Notes under the pieces: generated by a model
The model's database searches: none
What the model saw: the letters and a program-made list of their open reading frames with translations, nothing else
Told to the model about the DNA's origin: nothing
Made by a program: the position numbers and the translations under genes
Assembly (NCBI GenBank): GCA_030390025.1
Contig: CM059432.1
Coordinates: forward strand, 71,116,001-71,180,000
DNA length: 64,000 nt
Source of the DNA: Squalus acanthias
Lineage: Eukaryota
Reading direction: 5' to 3'
Shown here: in pieces, positions 51,243 to 61,920 of the stretch
Layout of the letters: every line of letters starts with the position of its first letter
Position numbering within the stretch: position 1 is the first letter of the stretch

Positions 51243-51989
51243 CTGCTATTACCTGGCTGTGAAGTCTCAAATTCCTGAGGATGATTGCATCATGACAACT
51301 GCAGTACTACAAGTGACAGCTGCGGTGTTCAAGGGGCAGAAGAGCTCTAAAGATTGGAACATTGGCATTCTAATAGGCCTCAGTAGAGACTGAAGCCAAC
51401 GCAAGAAGGTAAGAGGGGGCTGGAATGGAAGGGATGGAGGCCACTCCCTCTGTTGGGGGAACCCAGGGTTGTCACTGTCACTTCTTGGTGTCCCTCACCA
51501 CCTTCCCCATAGCGGCTCCAAGGAGCAGCATTAACTGGCCCCTGACACCATTTGCATGTGATGGGCAAGATAGGGGTAGCCAGAAATAGTCCGAATGGAA
51601 ATCTTGGTCTGGCAGTTAGGTGGCAGTAGGAATCTCCACCTGATTTTTCCCTCATTATCCACCATGATCCTACCCAAATTCAGGAATTAAAACATTGGAG
51701 AAAGATACAGAGATATTAAGGAGTAAAGTCATGGAAGGATTTAAACACAATGATGGGAACTTTAAATTTGCGCTGTTTGAGAATGGGGAGCCATTGTAGG
51801 ACAGCATTAATGGGCCAGTGGGACATAGTGTGGGATGGGTTACGAACAGCAGAGTTTTGGATGAGCTGAAGTTTATGGAGGGTGGAGGATGGGAGGATGG
51901 CCAGGAGAATATTGGAAGACTGAAGGTGTCAAAGGCATGGATGAGGGATTCAGCAGCAGATGGGCTGAAGTGAGTCAGAGGCAGGGACT

Positions 51990-52905
51990 ACCACCTTCCA
52001 TACCAGTGCTTCCAATATGCCTTCCATTTTCCCCAACCAAGGATTCCCCTCCACTGTGGTTGACAGTCCCCCTCGACCGTGTCCGTCCCATTTCCCGCAC
52101 TTTTGTTCTCACCCCTTCCCCTCCCTCCCATAACCACGATAGGGTTCCCCTTGTCTTCACCTTCCACCCCACCAGCCTCCACATTCAACACGACACCCTG
52201 GTCCACTCTTTCATCACCTCCAACACTCCCTCCCCTTCCCACGGCACCTTCCCATGCAAGCACAGGAGATGCAACTCCTGCCCTTTTAGTTCCTCCTTTC
52301 CCACTGTCCAGGGCCCCAAACAATCCTCCCAGGTGAAACAGCAATTTACTTGTACTTCTTTCAATTTAGTATACTGTATTTGCTGCTAACATGTGGTCTC
52401 CTCTACATTGGGGAGACAAACGCAGATTGAGTGATCACTTCGCTGAACACCTCCGTTCAGTCCGCAAGTGTCACCCTGAGCTTCCAGTCGCTTGCCATTT
52501 TAATTCTCCGTCCCACTCCCACTCTGACCTCTCTGTTCTCGGCCTCCTACACTGTCCCAATGAAGCTCAATGAAATTTCGAGTAACAGTACATCATCTTT
52601 CAATTAGGCACTTTACAACCTTCCGAACTCAACATCAAGTTCAACAATTTCAGATCATAAACACTGCTCCCATTTATTGGACAGCAAGTGCTGGTAATGA
52701 TTCTGCTGTTCATTAAATCACTCCTGCCTTCCAGCCTATCACAGACCTTCCCTTTTGTTCTTCCTTCCCCTCCCACTTTCTCTGCCTCTGTACTTGCTTA
52801 AAACCTGTTACATCTCTAACTTTTTCCAGCTCTGACGAAATGTCACAGACCTGAAACGTTAACTCTCTTTCTCTCTCCACAGATGCTGAGTATTTCCAGC
52901 ATTTT
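51990..52905 (+). mobile_element. Penelope-like element 3' part (GIY-YIG) with hammerhead motif
   Basis: FTCTSFNLVYCICC…YIG…KRRLSDHFAEH…PVACHFNSP; CTGACGA…GAAACGTT at 52832-52860. Confidence 0.85.
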
Positions 52906-52959
52906 CTCACAAAGAGATTCTGGGACAAAATGTATTAAGCATGAATGCATAAGAACAAT

Positions 52960-53470
52960 AACAAGGACAACACCAACTTGCATTTATGTAGCGTCCTTAA
53001 CATAGAAAAACCATCCCAGCACAGAAGCTAAGCAGACAAAAATGTTGGCAAGTCAGAGCTAGAGAGGGAGATATTTGGAGGGGTGACTAAAAGTTTAGGC
53101 CAAGAGATAGGTTTTAAGGAGCATCTTAAAAGTGGAAAGAGGTTTAGGGAGGAATTCCAGAACATAGGGTTGAAGGCATGGCTGTCAATAGTGTGGTGAA
53201 TGGAGTGGCTGATGCACAAGTGGCCAGAGTCAGTGGAACGCAGAGTTTTTGGAGAGTTGCAGGGCTTGAGAAGGTTACAGAGATAGGGAGGAGCGAGGCC
53301 ATGGAAGGATTTAAACATGAGGATGAGAATTTAAATTTGAGATGTGGGTGACAGGGAGCCAATGTTGGTCAGCGAGCACAGGGATGATAGGTGAGCAGGA
53401 AATGGTGCGGGATAGGATACAGGCAACAGAGTTTTCAATGAGCTGAAGATTATAGAGTGTGGAGGATGAT
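52960..53470 (-). mobile_element. L2 LINE 3' end (another L2 piece at ~51700-51975)
   Basis: FKSFHGLAPPYL…WNSS; tail caacttgcatttat. Confidence 0.75.
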
Positions 53471-55460
53471 CCTGGTATTTGCCAAGCAGAAGTGACAACA
53501 TAACATCCTTTACTATTGCTTAAACAATTGTATTTTGTGAGGATACATATAGTTCAAATGTGTGCAATGAATGGCATCCAGGACTTATGGATAGTCAGCA
53601 AATCGTAAAGCACTGATTTGTTCTTGCTGCTGTGGGATTTTAAGGAACCAGATGTGACTGTTTTCTTGCCTTATTCAGCTGGCAGCAAAGACACATTTGG
53701 ACATAAAAGTGACTGATGCCTGTGATGTCCCCTGCAGGAGACTGAAATGATCCAGAAGCATATAAGATGAGAGCAGTGCTGAGAAAAAATCACAGTAGGA
53801 GGACACAGTAAGCACTAAAACCTTTAACTTCCCACAGAGAGACAAAATAGTTTTTTTTTAATCTATCCAATTATCTATTATATAGCTGAAAAACTCCAAA
53901 GTTATAAGGAGCCAGTAAACCCATAATAAAGAATATTAGAGGTGATTCTGCAATGCAGAGCTCCCAGTGGGGGTGTCGCTCCCAGTTAATGCATCTTGGG
54001 AAGTCACAAGTGCATGTGTGTCACCCTTTGGATGTCACTCCCTGCTGGGTGTATGCAATCGTGGAATCACTTCTGTGGTCTTCATTATCAGTTTCTCCTC
54101 AGTCATCTAAAGAAGTCGTTTTCAGTGATTGTGAAGCAGATTCTTAGGTAGAGTAAGGTTGGTGCTTTATTTTGGGATTGTGCCAAAATACCACATGAAA
54201 CCTTCTCTAAATAATGTTCGGGGAAACCTCTCATTTGTATCTGATCACTGGCAATAAAATGCCATGTATGACATAGAGTGCTTGTTTGCCTCAGTAATGT
54301 ACATATCAGGCACTGCATGATACAAAGTTATAGCATCAACTGGTACAGTGGACATTAATACAAAGTAATTACGCTAAATGTACTAGGGTGATTTTCCTCT
54401 TTGTTGAGCCTGGGGACACTCAGGTCCCAGGCACAGTGACTAGCAAATGAAGGCGGAGACCCACACAACAGTTTTCTTCGATTTCTTATGGTTCCCAGTC
54501 TGGCAAACCATCTGCTTAAGTAGAGGAGTGACTGAAGAAACCCAGGGACCCTCTGTGAGGGTCCCAAGGGCAGCCTGAAATAGTTTCAGCAAACAGGAGC
54601 TGAAAATCCGTGACCCTTCCGGAGCATTCCTGCTTTAATTCCGGCGGAAAAGATGCACATTAAGCCAGGATCCAGATACACCGTTGCAATCTTGCACAGA
54701 AAGCGGAACTTACACCTGCTCCAAACAATGGCAACAGTGTAAAAGGGAGCGTGGCCAGGAGTGGATTCGGGCCACAAACCAGACCTGGACCCTCAAGTGA
54801 TCTGGCGTACCAGCCTACTGAGTTCCACCAGACCAGGGAGAAGGAATCTCCCAACCTGAGAATGGAGACAGGGAGCAAGTTTAAGTCTAAAATCCAATTT
54901 CATTGGTCTGATGACATTCACCGACTGTCCAAGATTTTCTTTTCACATTTTGCAACATCCTCACTTGTGCTCAGTTTGATTTGCAGTATTTAAACTCCCT
55001 GCCTATGTATTATCCTGCAGTGAAATGTCCCTTTCATTTATATCATGATTTCCACCTCATTTCCGCTATTTTATCTTCTCTGAGAACTGACTTTTAGCAG
55101 TGCCATCAACCCACGTCAGAATGAAGCCTCACAGCACCGTTTGGAGCCCCTGACTGCAGGCGGGTGAAACTGTTGTGTGGGCCAGATGCAGCCGTAGGTT
55201 TGACACCCCATCCCACACTATAGCTGACCTGGGGGTCCTGGTGTGGACCCATTAGATTGCTGGCACTATGAGACATCTTGGTCCCTTTGTAAAGGGGACC
55301 AATTGGGCAGGCAGTAAAGATTTTCTGGGCTGATATCATCGGCTGCTTGTCCGTCTTGCTTTACCCACACACCCCTCACTCCAAGCAGATGCCCAAGATT
55401 CACCCATATGTGTGCGGTTGCCTGACACTTGTAAGCAAATTATATAAGCTCCCCTGAACT

Positions 55461-57625
55461 GGGAATGGTAGCCTGGTGGTTATGTTGCTGGACTAGTAAT
55501 TCAGAGGCCTGGACTAATGATCTGGAGACATGAGTTGAAATCCCACCATGGCAGCTGGGGAATTTAAATTCAGTTATTTAAATAAATCTGGAATAAAAAG
55601 CTAGTATCAGTAATAGTGACCATGAAACTACCGGATAGTCGTAAAAAATCATCTGGTTCACAAATGTCCTAAATAGAAGAAAATCTGCCGCTCTTACCCG
55701 ATCTGGCCTATATGTGATTCCAGACCCACAGCAATGTGGTTAACTCTTAACTGCCCTCTGAAATGGCCTAGCAAGCTACTCAGCTGTAACAAACCGCTAG
55801 GAAACACAATAATAAAAATAACAGCGGACAGACCACCCGGCATTGGCTAGGCACCTGATTCAGACACGGCAAAGGCACACCCAGTTCAGTCGACCGTGCA
55901 AAGTCCTCCTTATAACATCTGGGGACTTGTGTCAAAATTGGGAGAGCTGTCCCACAGACTAGTCAAGCAACAGCCTGACATAGCCATACTCACAGAATCA
56001 TACCTTTCAACCAATGTCCCAAACACCTCCATCACCATCCCTGGGTATGTCCTGTCCCACCGGCAGGACAGATCCACCAGAGGTGGCGGCACAGTGATAA
56101 ACAGTCGGGAAGGAGTGGCCCTGGGAGTTCTCAACATTGACTCTGGATCCCATTAAGTCTCATGGCATCAGGTCAAACATAGGCAAGGAAACCTCCTGCT
56201 GATTACCACCTACCACCCTCCCTCAGCTGATGAATCAGTACTCCTCCATATTGTGCACCACTTGGAAGAAGCACTGAGGGTAGCAAGGGCACAGAATGTA
56301 CTCTGGGTGGGGGACTTCAATGTCCATCACCAAGAGCGGTTCAGTAGCACCACTGCTGAACGAGCTGGTCGAGTCCTGAAGGATATAATTGCCAGAGTGG
56401 GCCTGCGGCAGATAGTGAGAGAACCAACACGAGGGAAAAACCTACTTGACCTTGGCCTCACCAATCGACCTGTCGCAGATGCATCTGTCCACCGCACAGT
56501 CCTTGTGGAGACGAAGTCCTGTCTTCACACTGAGGATACCCTCCATCGTGTTGTGTGACACTACCATGGTGCTAACTGGGATAGATTCAGAACAGATCTG
56601 GCAGTTCAAAAGTCGGCATCCATGAGGCACTGTGGGCCATCAGCAGCAGCAGAATTGTATACCACCAGAATCTGTAACCTCATGACTGGCATATCCCTCA
56701 CTCTACCATTACTATCAAAGCAGGGGACCAACCCTGGGTCAATGAGCAGTGTAGAAGAGCTGCCAGGAGCAGCACCAGGTGGTCCGTGCCCAGATGCAGC
56801 AGGACCTGAATGACACCCAGGCTTGGGCTGATAAGTGGATGGTAACATTCGCACCACACAAGTGCTAGGCAATGACCATTTCCAACAAGAGAAAGTCTAG
56901 CCACCTGCCCTTGACATTCAATGGGTTTACCATCGCCAAATCCCCCACCATCAAGATCCTGGGGGTCCACCATTGACCACAAACTTAACTGGACCAGCCA
57001 CATAAATACTGTGGCAACAAGAGCAGGTCAGAGGCTAGATATTCTGCGGCAAGTATCTCACCTCCTGACTCCCCAAAATCTTTCCACCATCTACAAGGCA
57101 CAAGTCAGGAGTGTGATGGAATACTCTCCATGCCTGGATGAGTTCAGCATCAAATCACTGAAGAAGCTCGACACCATCCAGGACAAGGCAGCCCGCTTGA
57201 TTTGCACCCCATCCACCACCTTAAACATTCACTCCCTCCACCTCCGGCGTACGCTGCCTGCAGTGTGTACCATCGACAAGATGCACTGCAGCAACTCGCC
57301 AAGGTTTCTTTGACAGCACCTCCCAAACCATTGACCTCTACCACCCAGAAGGACAAGGGCAGCAGGCGCATGGGAACAACATCACCTCCAAGTTCCCCTC
57401 CAAGTTACAAACCATCCTAACTTGGAGATATATTGCTGTTCCTTCATCGTCGCTGGGTCAAAATCCTGGAACTCCCTCCCTAACAGCACTGTGGGAGTAC
57501 CATCACCTCACGAACTGCAGCAGTTCAAGAAGGTGGCTCACCACCAGCTCCTCAAAGGCAATTAGGGATGGGCAATAAATGTTGGCCTTGCCAGCGATGC
57601 CCACATCCCAGGAACAAATAAAGAA
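55461..57625 (+). mobile_element. CR1-group LINE with tRNA-derived head, APE, internal deletion (~56780) and RT 3' end
   Basis: A box TAGCCTGGTGG at 55469; B box GAGTTGAAATCCC at 55532; NIWGL, ILTESYL, VGDFNVHH, PTRGKNLLDL; same 3' end as 14476-16010. Confidence 0.88.
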
Positions 57626-58319
57626 AATAGAACCTGCCAGCATAGCATGACTGAGGATTTATGGTCCTGATGTGTCTATGGTGTGACAGGAATGAGTGGA
57701 GCCATGAGTGAGCACTGTCACAGAGGTGGATTGCAGAGAATAGACATCATAATAGGACAGATGATGTCAAAGGGACCAGAGATATTGAAGGGTATGAGGA
57801 GAAACAGCAAACCATTTGTGACCTTGACTAGGATAGTCTCTGTATTGTTGTAGTGAGGGTAGAAGCTGGATTCAAGAGTCTTGAATGGGATGTAGAGAAT
57901 TGTTTTTAAGAATGAGGGTGGGAACAGTAGTTTTGAAGAGGATAGGGACAATACTAGAGGTTAGAGATGGGTTGACGCTATTGTTAAACAAAGAGCTGTG
58001 AATGAGAAGTTAGTCAAGACTGGGAAAGGGAGGGGATTTAGGAAGCAGGTTCATCGATAATATGTGTTTAATGAGGTTTTGTAGGGAAGACAGAATAGAT
58101 TCAATGAAGTATAGGGGTTGATCAAGAAGAAGATGGGTATAGAGATTGTGATTAGAGGGCACAGGGAGGGAGGGATTGACTAAGACGGGTGGCTGTGAAG
58201 ATACTCTTGATTTTGAACATCTGAAAAAAATCAATGAGTTCATCACATTTGGTGACTGAGGTGAGATTGAAGGGTACAGTGGAGGGAAGTTGCAGGAGAT
58301 GGTTGGTACTGGAGACAAG

Positions 58320-59681
58320 GGGGGATAAATTTGGCAGGTTAGCGCCTCCCATTAGCGCCTGCAGAGGGCGGTAATGGGGCGCTGATGCAGTAGCGCCGGA
58401 GCGAGGCGAATCCAGCACCGCACAGCAAATCCGAAATGCCCCTCCCCCCCGTTGCGCCACTGGTACGAGGTACCGCCTGGGACTTCAACGCCAGGCAGAT
58501 CATGACGTCAGTGAGTGTGCAACGCTCACTGGGAGCCCGATCTGGAAAATTCATTGTTGCACTTGCCTTTGCGCCTCAACCAGACAGCGACAGGGATAAC
58601 TGGAGCATAGCTGCAGGAAGCCCGCTCCAGCGACGTTATTTAAAGGCATCAGCATTAATCACTCACAGCTGTCAGGGCAGGTTAGTTTCAGTGGTTTATT
58701 GTCAGTTTCACCAAGTGGATGAGTTTGTATGAGTAATTTCAAACTTCTTTTTTATCAGCAGTCAGAAATACGGGAACCTGTGCACAGAGGGAGGAGAAGG
58801 GACATCAGGGCTCTCACCAGGAGGCCTTATCCTCTGAGGGTATTCCAACAGCACTTCTCCTACCTTCAATTAAGTGAGGAGCAGTGTATGAGACAGCCCC
58901 GCATCACCAAGGTGGTGGTCACAGAACTCTGCCACCTCCTCCAACTAGATCTCCAGCCTCACACCAGGATGACTTAAACCCCAGATCCCTTTTGCTCACC
59001 ACATGCCCATCATACCATCCCTGTGTCATGCCATATCACAGTGTCCTCCTGGGCGCAAAGGTGAAATGAGAGAGACCACAAAATACTGCAAACTCCATTA
59101 ATAAATTTATGCATAAACATATCACACATATCACATTTATTCTAATAACTAATGACCCTTGTGCCTGCCATAGTTGAATAGCTGTCATTGTGTGCAAGGC
59201 GTGAGATATGGGTGTGGGTGTTGGTAGATAGAGATTGTTGGTGGGTGAGCGCTGGGGATGTGGTGCTTTGGGCAGTGTGTGAAGCTTGTGGTACAAATGG
59301 TGGTATGTAACATTTGTTGAAGCATTCAATCACCCTGACCACCCGACTGAGATGGATCTGCCATGAGCACACCTGCTTCAGTCCTCCGGCTCCTTCTCCT
59401 TGTTGTGCTTCTCCTTGCTGAGGCAGCTGCACAGCCAGCAATGCTGAGAATGAGGTGCTACAGTATCAATGAACCTCCCCTTTAAGTACTGGGAAAAGCC
59501 TGTGGCAATGGTGAGTTGAGATTAGACTGCACCCAATATTGGTCCACCCTATGAGTGTAACGCCACTGAGCTAAGCCTTTAAGACTTGATTTAGCACCCC
59601 AGTCATTTCTTTGAGCAGTGCGAATTTTCAAACTTTTCTAAAGATACCGCCCATTCCTGGGCTATAATGAATTTCTAGCCC
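58320..59681 (+). mobile_element. Non-autonomous Harbinger, sister of 5995-7343
   Basis: GGGGGATAAATTT…GAATTTCTAGCCC; exact TSD AAG; transposase and Myb scraps. Confidence 0.85.
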
Positions 59682-59721
59682 AAGGAGTTTGTTCTTGCTT
59701 CCCAGGATGATCCCTTCAAGT

Positions 59722-60185
59722 TGAAAAAAAGGAAGACTTGCATTTATATACCGTCTTTCATGACCACGGGACGTCCGAATGCGCTTTACAGCCAATGAAG
59801 TACTTTTTGAAGTGTAGTCACTGTTGTAATGTAGGAAACGCAGCATCCAATTTGCACACAGCAAGCTCCCACAAACAGCAATGTGATAATGACCAGATAA
59901 CCTGTTATAGTGATGTTGGTTGAGGGATAAATATTGGCCAGGGATAACTCCCCTGCTCTTCTTTGAAATAGTGCCATGGGATCTTTTAGATCCACCTGAG
60001 AGAGCAGACAGGGCCTCAGTTTAACATCTCATCTGAAAGACAGCACCTCCAACAGTGCAGCACTCCCTCAGCACTGCACTGGAGTGTTAGCCTAGATTTA
60101 TTGTGTTCAAGTCTCTGGAGTGGGACTTGAACCCACACCCTTCTGACTCAGAGGCGAGAGTGCTACTAACTGAGCCACAGCTGCC
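59722..60185 (-). mobile_element. SacSINE1-like DeuSINE, near full length
   Basis: tRNA head (TGGCTCAGTTAG, GGTTCAAGTCC on -), Deu domain, L2-type tail. Confidence 0.85.
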
Positions 60186-60319
60186 ACTAAGTTGTATGAA
60201 AAGTATGAGACCATGGAATGGAAGCAATAGTGTTGCTAGAGATGGCCTAGCCAGATTACATGGTGAACATCTAGGCTGGTCACTCGCCAATTGCATTCAG
60301 GTTTATGACACAGGATCAC

Positions 60320-60715
60320 CACCTCATCCACTAGCCTAAACATCCATCCGTCCTCCACTGGCACACCGTGACTGCAGTGCGTACTATCTATGGAATGCAC
60401 TGAAGTAAATCGTCAAGGCTTCTTCAGCAGAACTTCCCAAACACACGACTTCCACCATCTAGCAGGATAAGGGCAGCAGGTGCATGGAAACACCATCACC
60501 TCCAAGTTCCCCTCCAAGCCACGCACAATCCTGACTCGAACATATATTGCCGTTCTTTCATCGTCACTGGGTCAAAATCCTGGAACTCCCTCCCTAACAG
60601 CACATGGACTGCAGCAGTTCAAGAAAAAGGCCCACCACCATCTATTCAAGGGAAACGGGTAATGGGCAATAAATGCCAGCCTTGCCAGCGATGCTCTTAT
60701 CCTGAGAATGAGTTT
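60320..60715 (+). mobile_element. 3' fragment of the tRNA-headed LINE family
   Basis: Matches 57200-57610, including gggcaataaatgccagccttgccagcg. Confidence 0.8.
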
Positions 60716-61354
60716 TAAAAATATTGAGTTCACAGAAATGGCTTCATCTTAATGTATTATAAAGGAAATCAAAAGTTAAGATAGCTGTCAGGACCCAAAA
60801 TAGTGCATCCAATAATTATGTGCAGGTGCCAGTGCTCTGAGATCAGTTTTACTTAATGCAGAGATTTAATATGAGATAAAAAGACAGGAAATCATTTTGA
60901 TCCTTTGATCGAGAAACTTGGTAGGGGAAATATGCAAACCACAGCAAAGAAGTAGCTGGGTGGTAAGCACATTTACAGTGACTCTGGAGACATCAATATT
61001 TTACAGCAGTTTAGCACCCTACATTATTTATGAAGTTAAGTCAATTATTAAAGTGGCTAGGAGGCAATTGCAGTAAATCTTAAAGTTGTTTTTGTTAAAA
61101 GAAAGGAAAATACAGATCAGAAATTTACTCAGCTTATAGGCAAAACTGATTTTAGCAAGCAAGTGCTTGTGATTCTTTCAGGTTGGTCAAGCATGACTTA
61201 ACATTAGAAATCTGTGCCAGTCAACTTGACCAAACTTATAGAATTTATAAAGAAATTGCAGAAAGGATAGTTAAAGAAAATGCAGCGAGTGTGTTTATAA
61301 TGATTCTCAAAAAGTATTTTCTAAGATACCATGTAAAATACGCTGTAACCTTAT

Positions 61355-61565
61355 GGGCCTTATATCCTCACTCTACCATTGCCATCAAGCCAGGCGGCCA
61401 ACCCTGGTTCAGTAAGGAGTGTAGAAGATCATGCCAGGAGCAGCACCAGGCGTAACTAAAAATGAGGTGCCAACCTGGGGAAGCTGCAAAACAGGACTAC
61501 ATACATGCTAAGCAGTGAAAGCAGCACGCTCTTCTATACTTCTCATTGAACCAGGGTTGGTCCTT
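61355..61565 (+). mobile_element. Internal fragment of the same LINE with a short inverted piece
   Basis: PHSTIAIKPGGQPWFSKECRRSCQEQHQA; ~61528-61560 is its reverse complement. Confidence 0.7.
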
Positions 61566-61570
61566 GGATT

Positions 61571-61893
61571 TAAAAAAAAATTCATTTATGGGATGTGGGC
61601 GTCGCTGGCAAGGCCAGCATTTATTGCCCATCCCTAATTGCCCTTGAGAAGGTGGAGCTGAGCAGTTCAGAGGGCAGTCTGTGGGTCTGGAGTCACATGT
61701 AGACCAGAAAATTTCCTTTCCTAAAAGACATTAGTGAACCAGAAGGGTTTTTGTCACAAAACTGGCAACCATTACTGATACTAGCTTTTTAATTCTAGAT
61801 TTATTTAATTAACTGAATTTAAATTCCCCAGCTGCCATGGTGGGATTTGAACTCATGTCTCCAGATCATTAGTCCAGGCCTCTGGATTACTAG
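61571..61893 (-). mobile_element. tRNA-derived SINE made of the 5' head and 3' tail of the tRNA-headed LINE
   Basis: ~61665-61893 matches 55493-55760; ~61590-61655 matches the LINE 3' end; B box GAGTTCAAATCCC. Confidence 0.85.
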
Positions 61894-61920
61894 AGTCATA
61901 GGGGGAAAAATTGAGTTGCG

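Noticed and set aside
55461..55550. Functional tRNA gene (also at ~21700-21775 and ~60110-60185)
   Set aside because: These are tRNA-derived heads of retroposons with no complete cloverleaf.
61182..61290. Plus-strand exon LVKHDLTLEICASQLDQ…
   Set aside because: Acceptor-like site but a weak donor and no recognisable homology.
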